Positions 30,293-40,484 are shown, counted from the first letter of the stretch. The stretch: 64,000 bases of DNA from an uncultured Olsenella sp. (GCA_949290055.1 CASEQJ010000002.1:38010-102009), one strand, 5' to 3'. Notes: a model not told the origin generated them from the letters alone. Made by a program: numbers and translations.

Positions 30293-31732
30293 CTACATAA
30301 CGCCGTCTTGCCCTGCGGGCGGGTACGTCCCGGACATCCCGTCGCCCATCTCCCAGGCGGTGACGCCGTCTACGCCGGAGGCCGCGAGCGAGAGGGCGGG
30401 GGAGCGGGGGAACCAGCGCGTGGAGAGCACGAGCGCCCCCTCGTTGACGTAGACCTCGACGGCCGAGCTGTCGACAAGGACGCGCAGGTCGCGGACGTCC
30501 CCGCAGCGCGCGGCGCGCTCGGTGCGGCCGCATCCCACGGCGTCGTCCGCAAAGCGCAGGCAGACCGCGCCGTCCCCCCAGCCAATCGAGAGCGCCCCGT
30601 CGAGGGCGAGCTCGCCTCGGGCGTGCGGATGTTCCACCACCACGTCCGCGCGGTGGCGGGGCAGCTCGAGCGCGCCCGCAGCGCCCGCGAGCTCGTGCCG
30701 CGCGCCGCGCAGCCCCTCGAGCTCGCGGGCGGGCCACTGACGCAGCCCGCCGTCCGCGCCTGCCGTGACCTCGCGCGGCACCGTGAGGCAGTGGCACCAG
30801 GTGAGCCCCTCCGGCGCGCTCCCGTAGGGGGCCTCGGGAAGCCCCATCCAGCCCACGAGCAGCGTGCGGCCGGACTCGTCCACGAAGGTCTGCGGCGCGT
30901 AGAAGTCGAAGCCGTGGTCCCAGAGGCGGAAGCGGCCCTCGTCCACCACAAGCTCGCCCGCGCGCGCGAGGCTCGCCCCCTCCGGCAGCGGGACGTAGCC
31001 CGCCACATCACGCTGCCCGAAGGACCAGGGCCGGCCCTCCATGCCCTGCGGGCAGAGCGAGAGCCACGTGCGCCCGGCGAGCGCCACGCGGTCCGGGCAC
31101 TCCCACATGAAGCCGAACGTCTCCCGCGGGCGCACCGTGCCCGTGCCCTCCCAGGCCACGCCGTCGCCCGAGCGCAGCACGAGCGCAAGCCCCCGGTCGT
31201 CGAGGTCGCGCGCCCCGAGGAGCATCCACCACGAGCCGCCCTCGCGCCAGACCTTGGGGTCGCGTACGTGGCACGAGCAGAACGCGGGGTAGTCGGCGTT
31301 TCTCAGCAGCACGTCCTTCTTGCCGAGCGCGAGGCCTCCGGGTGCGGCGGGGTCCGCCTCGGCCTCAATGAGGATCTGCGCGGAGCGGCGCCCCGCGCGC
31401 ACGTAGTCGAAGTCTCCCGGCTCCTTGGTGTTACCGGTGTAGTAGAGGCGCACCCCGCCCTCGAAGGGGACGGCGCAGCCCGAGTAGGCGCCCGAGGCCT
31501 CGTCGGGCGTGTCCGGCGCGATGGCGAAGCCGCTGCCCCCGCCCTGCCAGTGGACGAGGTCGTGGCTCCAGAGGTGCCCCCACCCGCGCGCCGCGCCGGG
31601 CATGGGCCAGTCGGGGCTGTACTGATGGAACACGTGGTAGGTGCCGCCCAGCTGGCAGAGCCCGTTGGGATCGTTGAGCCAGCCGACGGGCGGCATGAGG
31701 TGAAAGCCCATTCTCCATAGATCGTGTGACAT
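30293..31732 (-). CDS. scrB: Sucrose-6-phosphate hydrolase / beta-fructofuranosidase (GH32)
   Basis: HLMPPVGWLNDPNGL (nucleophile block), RDPKVW and WECPD motifs. Confidence 0.9.
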   Translation of the reverse strand: MSHDLWRMGFHLMPPVGWLNDPNGLCQLGGTYHVFHQYSPDWPMPGAARGWGHLWSHDLVHWQGGGSGFAIAPDTPDEASGAYSGCAVPFEGGVRLYYTGNTKEPGDFDYVRAGRRSAQILIEAEADPAAPGGLALGKKDVLLRNADYPAFCSCHVRDPKVWREGGSWWMLLGARDLDDRGLALVLRSGDGVAWEGTGTVRPRETFGFMWECPDRVALAGRTWLSLCPQGMEGRPWSFGQRDVAGYVPLPEGASLARAGELVVDEGRFRLWDHGFDFYAPQTFVDESGRTLLVGWMGLPEAPYGSAPEGLTWCHCLTVPREVTAGADGGLRQWPARELEGLRGARHELAGAAGALELPRHRADVVVEHPHARGELALDGALSIGWGDGAVCLRFADDAVGCGRTERAARCGDVRDLRVLVDSSAVEVYVNEGALVLSTRWFPRSPALSLAASGVDGVTAWEMGDGMSGTYPPAGQDGVM

Positions 31733-31798
31733 GATGGCTCCCGAGTGTGAGGGGGGCGGCCCGTCCGGCGCGGGCTGCCCCCGTGCGAGGAGGGACGG

Positions 31799-33826
31799 TT
31801 AGGAGAGCTCGACGAGGCTCTCGCCGGCGCGCACGGCCATGCCGACATGCGGCGCGACCGTGGCGTAGGCATCGGCGTTGGTCACGATGACCGGGGTCAC
31901 CGGGTCGAGCCCCGCGGCGCGGATGGCGTCGAGGTCGACGTCCATGAGGAGCTGCCCGGCCTCCACGTGATCGCCCACCTTGACGTGCGCGGCGAAGGGC
32001 TTGCCCTCGAGCGTCACGGTGTCGATCCCGATGTGCATGAGCACCTCGGCGCCCGCGTCCGTGGTCATGCCGAGGGCGTGGCCGGTCTCGGCGAGCACGG
32101 TGACGGTGCCCGCGGCAGGGGCGACGAGCCTGCCCTCGGTGGGGCGGACGGCGGCGCCGGTGCCCATGGCCTCGCTCGCGAAGACGGGGTCGGGGACCTC
32201 GGTCATCCTGATTGCGGCGCCCGTCATCGGGGCGAGAAGGACCTCTGCTCGCATGGCGGGCGCGGCGTCGGTCACGGTTGCGACGGCGGCGTCGGCAGCG
32301 GCGGCGGAGAGGGCCGCGGCGTTGGCGGCGTCAGTGGCGGGCGCGGAGACGGAGGCCTGGACGACGGGCTTCTCGGCGGGGGTCGCGGCCTCGGGGTCCT
32401 TGTAGAGCGCGTAGGAGATGGCGAAGGCCACGACTCCGGAGATGGCGAACATGATCACGTACTGCACGGGCTGGCTGAGGCAGAGCAGGATGCCAAAGAT
32501 GCCGGTGACGCCGGTGCCCGCCGCGGCGAGCCCCACGATGGAGGCGAACATGGCGCCCAGGCCACCGCCGATGCAGCCGGCCACGAAGGGTTTGAAGAAG
32601 CGCAGGTTGACGCCAAAGATGGCGGGCTCGGTGATTCCCATGAAGGCGGAGAGCGAGGAGGGGAGGGCGAGCGAGCGGACCTTGACGTCCTTGGTCTTGA
32701 GGGCCACGGCGAGGGCGGCGCCGGCCTGGCCGATGTTGGCGGCGCTGGCGAGCGGCAGCCAGTAGGTGACGCCGTAGGTGGCGATCTGGCCGAGGTCGAT
32801 CGTGGTGTACATCTGGTGGATGCCGGTGACCACGGTGGGGGCGTAGAGCGCGCCCATGATGAGCGAGCCCAGGCCGAGCGGCAGCGTGAGCAGGAACTGG
32901 ATGCCGCCGAGGATGGCGTTCTCGGCCCACACGAAGATGGGCCCGACGGCGAGCATGGTGACGTAGGCGGTCGCGGCAACGGAGACGAGCGGCGTCACGA
33001 AGAGGTCGAAGGCCTCGGGCACCACCCTGTGCAGGCGCTTCTCGATGAAGGCGAGGATGCCGCAGGCGATGACGATGGGAATGACGTGGCCCTGGTAGCC
33101 GGTCCATTCGATGGAGTAGAGGCCGGGGATGACGGGATAGGTCTGGAGCACGCCCTCGGTGGCCACCGTGTTGGCGTTCTGGAGGCCCGGGTTGATGAGC
33201 AGCATGCCCACGACCGCGCCGAGGTAGGGGTTGGCGCCAAATGCCTTGGCCGCGGAGAAGCCGATGAGGATCTGCAGGAACGTGAACGCCGTGTTGGAGA
33301 CGAGGTTCAGGATCTGGTACCAGGCGTTGTTGGTGTCCAGGCTGATGAAGCCGTTGGTGTCCATGAAGCTGAGCGCGCTCATGATGCCGAGCAGCAGGCC
33401 CGAGGCCACGATGGCCGGGATGATGGGCACGAAGACGTCGCCCAGGAGCTTGATCGCGCGCATGAACGGGTTGGTCTGCTGCTGGGCGGCTGCCTCCTTC
33501 ACCTCCGCCTTGGTGGCGGCGGTGATGTTGCCGAGGGCGATGAACTCGTCGTAGACCTTGTTCACCGTGCCCGTGCCGTAGATGACCTGCAGCTGGCCGG
33601 ATGCCTTGAAGTTGCCCTTGGCGCCGGTCGCGTTGTCCACGGCAGCCTGGTTGACCTTGGAGTCGTCCGCGAGCACGAGGCGCAGGCGCGTGGCGCAGTG
33701 CGCAGCAGAGACCACGTTTCCCGGTCCGCCTATCGCGTCCAATATCTCCTGTGCTGCCTGCCTGTAGTCGAGTGCTATTCGATTCCACCTTTCCCCTGAC
33801 CGTTCTCGGCATGAGAACGTTCCCAT
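31799..33826 (-). CDS. scrA: PTS sucrose-family transporter EIIBCA
   Basis: EIIB SAAHCATRLRL, polytopic EIIC, EIIA MHIGIDTVTLEGKPF. The 5' end is uncertain: ATG 33826 lies inside the operator-like palindromes and lacks an SD, whereas a good SD (GGAAAGGTGG) precedes an in-frame ATA about 45 nt downstream. Confidence 0.85.
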   Translation of the reverse strand: MGTFSCRERSGERWNRIALDYRQAAQEILDAIGGPGNVVSAAHCATRLRLVLADDSKVNQAAVDNATGAKGNFKASGQLQVIYGTGTVNKVYDEFIALGNITAATKAEVKEAAAQQQTNPFMRAIKLLGDVFVPIIPAIVASGLLLGIMSALSFMDTNGFISLDTNNAWYQILNLVSNTAFTFLQILIGFSAAKAFGANPYLGAVVGMLLINPGLQNANTVATEGVLQTYPVIPGLYSIEWTGYQGHVIPIVIACGILAFIEKRLHRVVPEAFDLFVTPLVSVAATAYVTMLAVGPIFVWAENAILGGIQFLLTLPLGLGSLIMGALYAPTVVTGIHQMYTTIDLGQIATYGVTYWLPLASAANIGQAGAALAVALKTKDVKVRSLALPSSLSAFMGITEPAIFGVNLRFFKPFVAGCIGGGLGAMFASIVGLAAAGTGVTGIFGILLCLSQPVQYVIMFAISGVVAFAISYALYKDPEAATPAEKPVVQASVSAPATDAANAAALSAAAADAAVATVTDAAPAMRAEVLLAPMTGAAIRMTEVPDPVFASEAMGTGAAVRPTEGRLVAPAAGTVTVLAETGHALGMTTDAGAEVLMHIGIDTVTLEGKPFAAHVKVGDHVEAGQLLMDVDLDAIRAAGLDPVTPVIVTNADAYATVAPHVGMAVRAGESLVELS

Positions 33827-33841
33827 ATGAAATCGTTCTCA
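33812..33841 (-). promoter_or_regulatory. Two LacI-family operator-like palindromes with central CG upstream of scrA
   Basis: TGAGAACGTTCCCA at 33812-33825 is 12/14 self-complementary. TGAAATCGTTCTCA at 33828-33841 is 10/14 self-complementary. A LacI regulator is encoded immediately upstream. Confidence 0.55.
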
Positions 33842-34085
33842 CAATACGGCGAGAAGGGACGCGCGACCGTAATGGTCTGCGAGCGGCATGATCTTGTCGG
33901 TAAACGGCGAGAAGGTTCCCGGGCAGCCTCCATCCCTCAGAGGTTTGGGTTCGTCGTTGGCGCGCCGCAACGCTGCCTGCCAAAGAAACGGCAGGTAGAC
34001 CGTTCGGTAAAGAATTGATTTCCACGCAGGGACCGAGAAGATGAACCCAAACCGCAGCGGGGCGGGGGTGGCAGGGACGGATCGC

Positions 34086-35096
34086 CTAGCGCGTGGAGTT
34101 CCTCGTCACGACTTCGTAGCTCATCTTGACCTTGCGGGGCACGTACTCCTTACCGGTCATGAACCCCACGAGCATCCGCGCCGTCTCCATGCCGGAGGTC
34201 TTGTAGTGGAGGTGGACCGTGGTGAGCGTGGGCGTGACGATCTGCGAGATCTCCGAGTCGTCCACACCGGTCACGACGACGTCTTCGGGCACGATGCGGC
34301 CGTACTCGCGCAGGCAGGTGAGGGCGCCGTAGGCAATCGAGTCGGTGGCACAGACGATGGCATCGAGCTCGGGATAGTCCTCGAGCAGCGCCTCTGCCTG
34401 CTCGTAGCCGGAGTCCACGGTGAAGTCCGCGATGCGCAGGGCGCGCTCGGGCACCTCGATTCCAGCCTCGGCGCACGCATCGAGAAAACCCTTGCGGCGC
34501 ATCTGGCCGACGGCAACGTCCTCCTCGAAGACGCCGATGTAGGCAGGGTGGCGAGCGTCTCGCAGCGCGACGGCGGCCACCTCGCGCATGGCCGCGTAGT
34601 CGTCCTGGTAGACGCAGGAGCAGATGTCGACGTCCTGGTCGAGCACAACGATAGGCACGGGCAGGGCGGAGATGGCCTCGCGGTGCTCGGGGGTGATGAC
34701 GGTGGCGATGAGAATGACGCCATCCACCTGGCTCTTCTCGGCAAAGAGATGGAGAAACTCCACCTCACGCGCGGCGTCGTTGTCCGTGTTGGCGAGAAGG
34801 ACCTGGTAGCCGGCTTCGTTCAGGACGAGGGTGATACCCGCGACCATCCGGCTCACCGAGGCGGAGTTGATCTTGGGGATGATGACGCCCACGACGTTGG
34901 TCTTGCCGGTGCGCAGGGACTTGGCCTGGCGGGAGGGGACGTAGCCGGTCTTCTCGATGACGCGGCGGATGGCGGCGCGCTTCTCCTGGCTCACGTAGCC
35001 GTCGTTCAGGTAGCGCGAGACCGTCGCGCGCGACACGCCTGCCATCTGGGCAATCTGGTTGATGTCCATGTTAACGTTAACCTCCTCGTCTACCAT
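34086..35096 (-). CDS. scrR: LacI family transcriptional regulator (sucrose operon repressor-like)
   Basis: N-terminal HTH MDINQIAQMAGVSRATVSRYLN followed by a periplasmic-binding-protein-like sugar domain. The start is 35096 or 35069. Confidence 0.85.
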   Translation of the reverse strand: MVDEEVNVNMDINQIAQMAGVSRATVSRYLNDGYVSQEKRAAIRRVIEKTGYVPSRQAKSLRTGKTNVVGVIIPKINSASVSRMVAGITLVLNEAGYQVLLANTDNDAAREVEFLHLFAEKSQVDGVILIATVITPEHREAISALPVPIVVLDQDVDICSCVYQDDYAAMREVAAVALRDARHPAYIGVFEEDVAVGQMRRKGFLDACAEAGIEVPERALRIADFTVDSGYEQAEALLEDYPELDAIVCATDSIAYGALTCLREYGRIVPEDVVVTGVDDSEISQIVTPTLTTVHLHYKTSGMETARMLVGFMTGKEYVPRKVKMSYEVVTRNSTR

Positions 35097-35168
35097 GAGT
35101 TTAGCGTATGAAACCCGTCGACCCGGTATCATGTTGAGAGAAAGTCAACCAAGGAGAGAGAAACGACC

Positions 35169-35507
35169 ATGGCAGTGCCGGGCAAGGCGGGCCGCGTCGT
35201 CGCGGGGGTCATCGTGGTCGCCATAATCGCGATCGGCGTCATCATGGGCTTCAACCCGTTTGGCAGCAACGTCCCCGAGGGCGTGGACACTGACGCCACC
35301 GAGGTGCGCAGCGTCACCATGAGCGGTGACGATTACGAGGTCGTGGATTACAACGACGTCCTCTACGTGCTCACTCCGGAGAACGCTGAGGTCTTCGTGC
35401 TGGACGAGGACGTCACGCGCCAGTTCATCTCGCGCGACCGCAACACCATCTGGATCACTGAGGACACGGCCGAGAAGATCGGCGTCGTCGATCTCGCCAC
35501 GGAGTAG
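35169..35507 (+). CDS. Hypothetical membrane-anchored protein
   Basis: 112 aa with an N-terminal TM (VVAGVIVVAIIAIGVIMGF) and a GGAGAGAGAAA SD region. No recognisable domain. Confidence 0.5.
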   Translation: MAVPGKAGRVVAGVIVVAIIAIGVIMGFNPFGSNVPEGVDTDATEVRSVTMSGDDYEVVDYNDVLYVLTPENAEVFVLDEDVTRQFISRDRNTIWITEDTAEKIGVVDLATE

Positions 35508-35610
35508 GCCGCGCCGCTGGCCGAGCACTGGTGCCCGCATGGCCCGGGCGGCGACATGCCCGGCGGCGCTCCTCGTAGAATCGCATCAGGTATGCGACGA
35601 GGGGAGTGCC

Positions 35611-36144
35611 ATGATCGAGCGGGACGGGATTGCCGTGCGGCTGCTGCACGCGTGCGTTGAGGTCATTACCTCCGAGGACGAGCTGATGCAGGTCGACGCC
35701 GCGGGCGGGCCCGTCATGGTCGAGGTGGTCTCGGCCATTAGCAGCGCCGTCGCCGCCTGCAACGGCGACGTTCTGGACCTCTTCGACGACGCGTCGCGCT
35801 CCGTCTCTCGGCTCGAGCCTTCGAGCGGCGCCGCGCAGTTCTGGGACGCCTGGCTCGAGGGGCTGGCCGAGGCCGCGCCGAACGACGACGAGATGACCCT
35901 CGAGGACTTCCGCGCCATGCTCGCGCTCGGGCGCGACGAGGTTGCGCGAGCGCTCGAGAGCGGGCTCGGTGACGCCGCCGCCCTCGACGTCCTTGTCGCC
36001 GCCTGCGAGGCCGCGGACGCGAGCGAGGACGACCTCGAGGTGTTCGACGACGCCGCCGACGCCGCCGAAGAGGCCGCCGACGGCTCGACGAGCGTGGCCG
36101 CCGTCTCCCTCGCGCGCTTCCTGCGCGGCCTCGCGCAGGCCTAG
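35611..36144 (+). CDS. Hypothetical acidic protein
   Basis: 177 aa, D/E/A-rich, starting MIERDGIAVRLLHACVEV. Coding-like composition in this frame. No recognisable domain. Confidence 0.45.
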   Translation: MIERDGIAVRLLHACVEVITSEDELMQVDAAGGPVMVEVVSAISSAVAACNGDVLDLFDDASRSVSRLEPSSGAAQFWDAWLEGLAEAAPNDDEMTLEDFRAMLALGRDEVARALESGLGDAAALDVLVAACEAADASEDDLEVFDDAADAAEEAADGSTSVAAVSLARFLRGLAQA

Positions 36145-38033
36145 GCGAGCCACCACCTGAAGTCCCACGCCGCGAGCTCGAAGGTCTCGAACTCGTCGAG
36201 CTTGCCGCTCACGAGGTCGGCGTACTCGCCCCGCTCCGGCATCCACAGCGTGCGGTCCTCGTCGCTGAAGTTGAAGACCGCGTGGAGGGTCTTCTCGCCC
36301 GCGCGCCGCCTGATCCAGAGGACGGAGGGGTCGCTGTAGCCCACGACCGTCACCTCCGCGTCCGCGTCGAAGACGGCCTGGCTGCGGCGAATCCCCTCGA
36401 GCGCTCGCAGCGCGTCGTAGAGGCGCTGCTGGACGCTGCCGGGCTCGTCCGTGCGGTCCACGAGCGCCCAGTCAAAGCGGCCGCGGTGCAGGTAGCGGGA
36501 GTCCTCGGCCTTCTCGGGGTCGTCGTGGTAGGTGTAGTCGTTCACCTGGCCGACCTCGTCGCCGCTGTAGACGATCGGCAGGCCGGACTGCGTGAGCAGG
36601 TAGGCGTGGAGCATGACGTCCTTGCGTATGGCCACGTCCATGGCCGCGGCGTCGCCGGCAAACCCCGCCGCCTCGACGCCGCACATGGAGGCCGTGGTCG
36701 CGCAGAAGCGCGCGTCGCCGGTCACGGGGTCGGCGTTGTAGAGCTCGCCGCGGGAGACGCTGCCCTCGGTGTGCCCCTGGAAGTACGCGTTGAGGTAGCG
36801 CTTGTGCGGCACCTCCTCCATGCCCCAGTCCGAGAGCGTGGCGTAGTCCAGGCCCCAGCCGATGTCGTCGTGGCAGCGCAGGTAGTTGAGGAAGGTGCAC
36901 GAGCGCGGCAGGCCGCAGACGGCCTCGAGCTGGCGACGCAGCAGGCGCGTGTCGCAGCAGGCCACGCTGTTCCAGGTGGTCGCCATCGTCGTGACGTTGT
37001 AGAGCATGTGGCACTCGGGCTTCTCCGGCGTGCCAAAGTAGGGCACGACCTCGACCGGCGCCATGACCACCTCGCCGAGCAGGACGGTGCCCGGGCAGAC
37101 GATCTCCGAGATCATGCGCATCATGCGCACGATCGTGTGGACCTGCGGCAGGTTTCGGCAGTTGGTGCCGAGCTGCTTCCATATGTAGGGGACGGCGTCT
37201 ATGCGGATTATGTCCATGCCCTGGTTGGCCAGGTAGAGGAAGTTGTACATCATCTCGTTGAAGACGCGCGGGTTCTTGTAGTTGAGGTCCCACTGGTAGG
37301 GGTAGAACTGCGTCATGACCGACTGCCCCAGCTCCGGCAGGTAGGTGAAGTGGCCGGGCGCGGTGGTGGGGAAGACCTGGGGCACGTCGCGGGTGTAGCG
37401 GTCTATGAGGGCCTGGTCGCCGGTGAAGAAGTAGCGGCTCAGGTACTCGCCCTCGCCGGCGCGGGCCCGACGCGCCCACTCGTGCTCGTCGGAGGTGTGG
37501 TTCATGACGAAGTCCATGCAGAGGCTGATTCCCCGCTCGTGGCACTTCTCGGCCAGGTGGGCGAGGTCGTCCATGGTGCCAAGCTCGGGCTTCACGCGTC
37601 GGAAGTCGCTGACCGCGTAGCCGCCGTCGGAGCGACTGCGGTCCGCGGGCGTGTCCAGGAAGGGCATGAGGTGCAGGTAGTTGACTCCCGTGCGCTCGAG
37701 GTAGTCCAGGTGCTCCTCCACGCCGCGCAGGGTGCCGGCAAAGTTCTCCACGTACATTTGCATGCCGAGAAGATCGCGGTCCCGATACCACGCGTGGCCC
37801 TCGCGGCGGGCGTCGAGGGCCTTGAGGGCGGCCGCGCGCTCGTCGTAGAAGGCCTTCATCTGGTCGCAGAGCTCGGCGAACATGGCGCCGTTGTCGTAGA
37901 GCTCCATGTAGAGCCAGCGCAGCTCGTCGTGGTGGCGGCGCAGACGGCGGAAAAAGGCGGCGTCCTCGCGGGCCCTCGCGGCGGAGCGGGCGAGCGGCTG
38001 GCGCCTTGGCGCGCGGGGGTTCGTCTTTGTCAT
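36141..38033 (-). CDS. Amylosucrase-like GH13 alpha-amylase family enzyme
   Basis: GH13 regions DFVMNHTS (I), GMDIIRIDAVPYI (II), LLGEVVM (III) and YLRCHDDIGW (IV). NYLHLMPFLDTP and a ~630-aa length resemble amylosucrase. The start is taken at MTKTNP (38033). Confidence 0.8.
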   Translation of the reverse strand: MTKTNPRAPRRQPLARSAARAREDAAFFRRLRRHHDELRWLYMELYDNGAMFAELCDQMKAFYDERAAALKALDARREGHAWYRDRDLLGMQMYVENFAGTLRGVEEHLDYLERTGVNYLHLMPFLDTPADRSRSDGGYAVSDFRRVKPELGTMDDLAHLAEKCHERGISLCMDFVMNHTSDEHEWARRARAGEGEYLSRYFFTGDQALIDRYTRDVPQVFPTTAPGHFTYLPELGQSVMTQFYPYQWDLNYKNPRVFNEMMYNFLYLANQGMDIIRIDAVPYIWKQLGTNCRNLPQVHTIVRMMRMISEIVCPGTVLLGEVVMAPVEVVPYFGTPEKPECHMLYNVTTMATTWNSVACCDTRLLRRQLEAVCGLPRSCTFLNYLRCHDDIGWGLDYATLSDWGMEEVPHKRYLNAYFQGHTEGSVSRGELYNADPVTGDARFCATTASMCGVEAAGFAGDAAAMDVAIRKDVMLHAYLLTQSGLPIVYSGDEVGQVNDYTYHDDPEKAEDSRYLHRGRFDWALVDRTDEPGSVQQRLYDALRALEGIRRSQAVFDADAEVTVVGYSDPSVLWIRRRAGEKTLHAVFNFSDEDRTLWMPERGEYADLVSGKLDEFETFELAAWDFRWWLA

Positions 38034-38256
38034 GTGTCTGCCGACCTTTCGTGTGAAACCGTTCTCATATCTAGAGAGCATTGTAGACCGCGGGCGCCGG
38101 TGGGCAAGGGACAATCCCGTGAGCGTGGCGTGGTTTCGCCGGGCACGCGGCGCCTTGTTCAACCCTGCGTTTAGGTCACGCGCTCAGGTCGTGCGGGCGC
38201 GGACCGTGTGCAACCATAGAAAGGCTGCATGAGCGTTTGACGGTCGAGGAGGACCC

Positions 38257-39147
38257 GTGAACATCAAGCAGGTCAGATACGTGTGCGCAATCATGGATCT
38301 GGGGAGCTTCTCTGCCGCCGCGGCGCGGGAGGGGGTATCCGTCCAGGCCGTCTCCAAGGCCATGGCGGAGCTCGAGTCCTCGCTCGGCGAGCCGCTCTTT
38401 GAGCGCCGCAGCGCGGGCGTCACGCCCACGCCGCTCGGCCGCGCCTTCGCGACGCGCGCCCGCCGCGTGCTCGACGAGTGGGAGGCCCTGGAGCGCTTTG
38501 CGAGCGAGCCGGGCGTCGCGTCGGCGCCCGCACCCCTGCGCATGGGCTTCTGCTGCCCCGTCTACCCGGGCGTCGAGCGGCTCGTCAAGCTCATTTCCAC
38601 GGTGACGGGCAAGGTGCTTGGCCGCCAGGTCAACGTGGACATGCTGCGCTGCTCCGACGCACTCGACGCGCTGCGCTCCGGGCGCTGCGACGCGCTGATC
38701 ACCGTCGGCCCGCTCGAGGCGGACGACGTCTCCTGCGGCCCGCTCGGCACCGTCTCCTCCGACGTGCTCGTCCCCCAGAACCACCCGCTCGCCGCAAAGA
38801 GCGAGGTCTCGCTCGACGAGCTTGCGGACTACCCCGTGCTCTACCCCTGCGACTTCGAGCACTACTGCCGCGCCGTGGTGGACGAGTACCTCAAGCGCGG
38901 CCTGCGCTCCGAGGTCGTCAAGTTCTCGGTGGGCGACGCTGTGCCCGACTCCCTCACCGACGGGAGCTGCTACTCGTTCATCTTCGTTGGCAACATCACC
39001 GGCGCTCCCGAGGGGTACGTCATTCGCCCGCTCGCGAAGGGCGACGCCCTGCCGGTCCCCATCTGCCTCTCCTCGCTGCGCCGCCCCGGCGGGATCGACT
39101 TTGTCGCGTTCCGTCGCTCCCTCTCGCGTCTGAGCCTCTTCGGCTAG
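38257..39147 (+). CDS. LysR family transcriptional regulator
   Basis: N-terminal HTH MNIKQVRYVCAIMDLGSFSAAAAREGVSVQAVSKAMAELE followed by a LysR substrate-binding-like domain. Confidence 0.9.
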   Translation: MNIKQVRYVCAIMDLGSFSAAAAREGVSVQAVSKAMAELESSLGEPLFERRSAGVTPTPLGRAFATRARRVLDEWEALERFASEPGVASAPAPLRMGFCCPVYPGVERLVKLISTVTGKVLGRQVNVDMLRCSDALDALRSGRCDALITVGPLEADDVSCGPLGTVSSDVLVPQNHPLAAKSEVSLDELADYPVLYPCDFEHYCRAVVDEYLKRGLRSEVVKFSVGDAVPDSLTDGSCYSFIFVGNITGAPEGYVIRPLAKGDALPVPICLSSLRRPGGIDFVAFRRSLSRLSLFG

Positions 39148-39288
39148 GGCGCCGCGGTCCTTCTCGCCCGCCCTTCTCGCCCGCAGACCTTGCCGCAACC
39201 CAAACGCAACCCCACGTTGCGCGATAGGTGGTGGGCGCAACCGCCTCGCTCGGCTACAGTGGGGGCAAGCCAGCGAAGGGAGGGTGTC

Positions 39289-39660
39289 ATGATCTTGGGA
39301 ATGGGGCCGACGGAGCTTCTGATTTTGCTGCCGCTCTTTCTTGCCCGCGTTGTGCCGTGGGTCCTCTTTGTCGTGCTGCTGGTTCTTGCCATTCGCTGGT
39401 TCCTGCGGCAGGAGAGGGCCGACAAGAGCCCCGAGACCGTGGCCGCGCGCCGCTCGCTCGGCGAGGTCCTGCGCGATCACCGGGAGCGCTGCAAAATGAC
39501 GCAGGAGCTCGTGGCCGAGAAGCTCGGCGTGAGCCGGCAGGCCGTGTCCAAGTGGGAGCAGGGCAAGACGGAGCCCTCGACGACGAACCTCGTGAAGCTC
39601 GCGCACCTCTACGGCGTGGACCCCGCCGACCTGCTGCGTGAGGTTGGCGGCTCAGACTGA
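39289..39660 (+). CDS. Membrane-anchored XRE-family HTH protein
   Basis: N-terminal TM (LLILLPLFLARVVPWVLFVVLLVLAI), then the Cro/C1 HTH LRDHRERCKMTQELVAEKLGVSRQAVSKWEQGKTEPS. A GAAGGGAGGG SD precedes ATG 39289. Confidence 0.8.
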   Translation: MILGMGPTELLILLPLFLARVVPWVLFVVLLVLAIRWFLRQERADKSPETVAARRSLGEVLRDHRERCKMTQELVAEKLGVSRQAVSKWEQGKTEPSTTNLVKLAHLYGVDPADLLREVGGSD

Positions 39661-39962
39661 TCCGCTTGCCCCGCCCCCAGTTTGCTCCACCCTATGTTTT
39701 GGGCAACAAGTTTGATGCGCAGACGAGAAAAACATCAAGGTTGTTGCCCACTACCTTGCATAGCGTGGCGAAGTGGCGGCTCGACGGTCCTTCTCGGCGC
39801 TCCGACATAAAACCTGTTGCCCACAACCTGAAGATTTGCTTCGAAATCGGCCTCTCCGCGAGCACGCGAGGGCTGAAAACCCAAAACCATGCGGTTTGTG
39901 GCGTCACTCCGGGGCTCGAGGTGGGGTATAACCACCTCAGGACAAGCGTCGAGGAGGTACCC

Positions 39963-40484
39963 ATGAACGAGGTAATCCGGGCCATGGAGGAGCGCCGCAG
40001 CGTGCGCGCCTACACCGACGAAATGCCGGAGCGCGAGAAGATCGACGAGGTCGTGGAGGCGGGGCTCTGGGCCGCGAGCGGCATGAACCGCCAGGGCCCC
40101 ATCGTCATTGCCGTCACGAACCGCGAGCTGCGCGACCGCCTCTCGGCCATGAACGCCGAGATCATGGGCCGTCCCGGCACCGATCCGTTCTACGGCGCGC
40201 CGGTCGTCCTGGTCGTGCTCGCGCCGCGCGACCAGCCCAACCGCGTCTACGACGGCAGCCTCGTCATGGGCAACCTCATGCTCGCCGCGCACGCGCTCGG
40301 GCTGGGCAGCTGCTGGATCCACCGCGCGCGCGAGGAGTTCGACACCCCCGAGGGCAAGGCCATTCTCGCCGAGCTCGGCGTCGAGGGCGACTACGAGGGC
40401 ATAGGCCACTGCATACTGGGATACGCCGCCGAGGAGCCCGAGGCCAAGCCGCGCCGCGAGGGCCGCGTCTTCCACGCCGCGTAG
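39963..40484 (+). CDS. Nitroreductase family protein
   Basis: MNEVIRAMEERRSVRAYTDE...AASGMNRQ... typical nitroreductase N-terminus. 173 aa. Confidence 0.85.
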   Translation: MNEVIRAMEERRSVRAYTDEMPEREKIDEVVEAGLWAASGMNRQGPIVIAVTNRELRDRLSAMNAEIMGRPGTDPFYGAPVVLVVLAPRDQPNRVYDGSLVMGNLMLAAHALGLGSCWIHRAREEFDTPEGKAILAELGVEGDYEGIGHCILGYAAEEPEAKPRREGRVFHAA

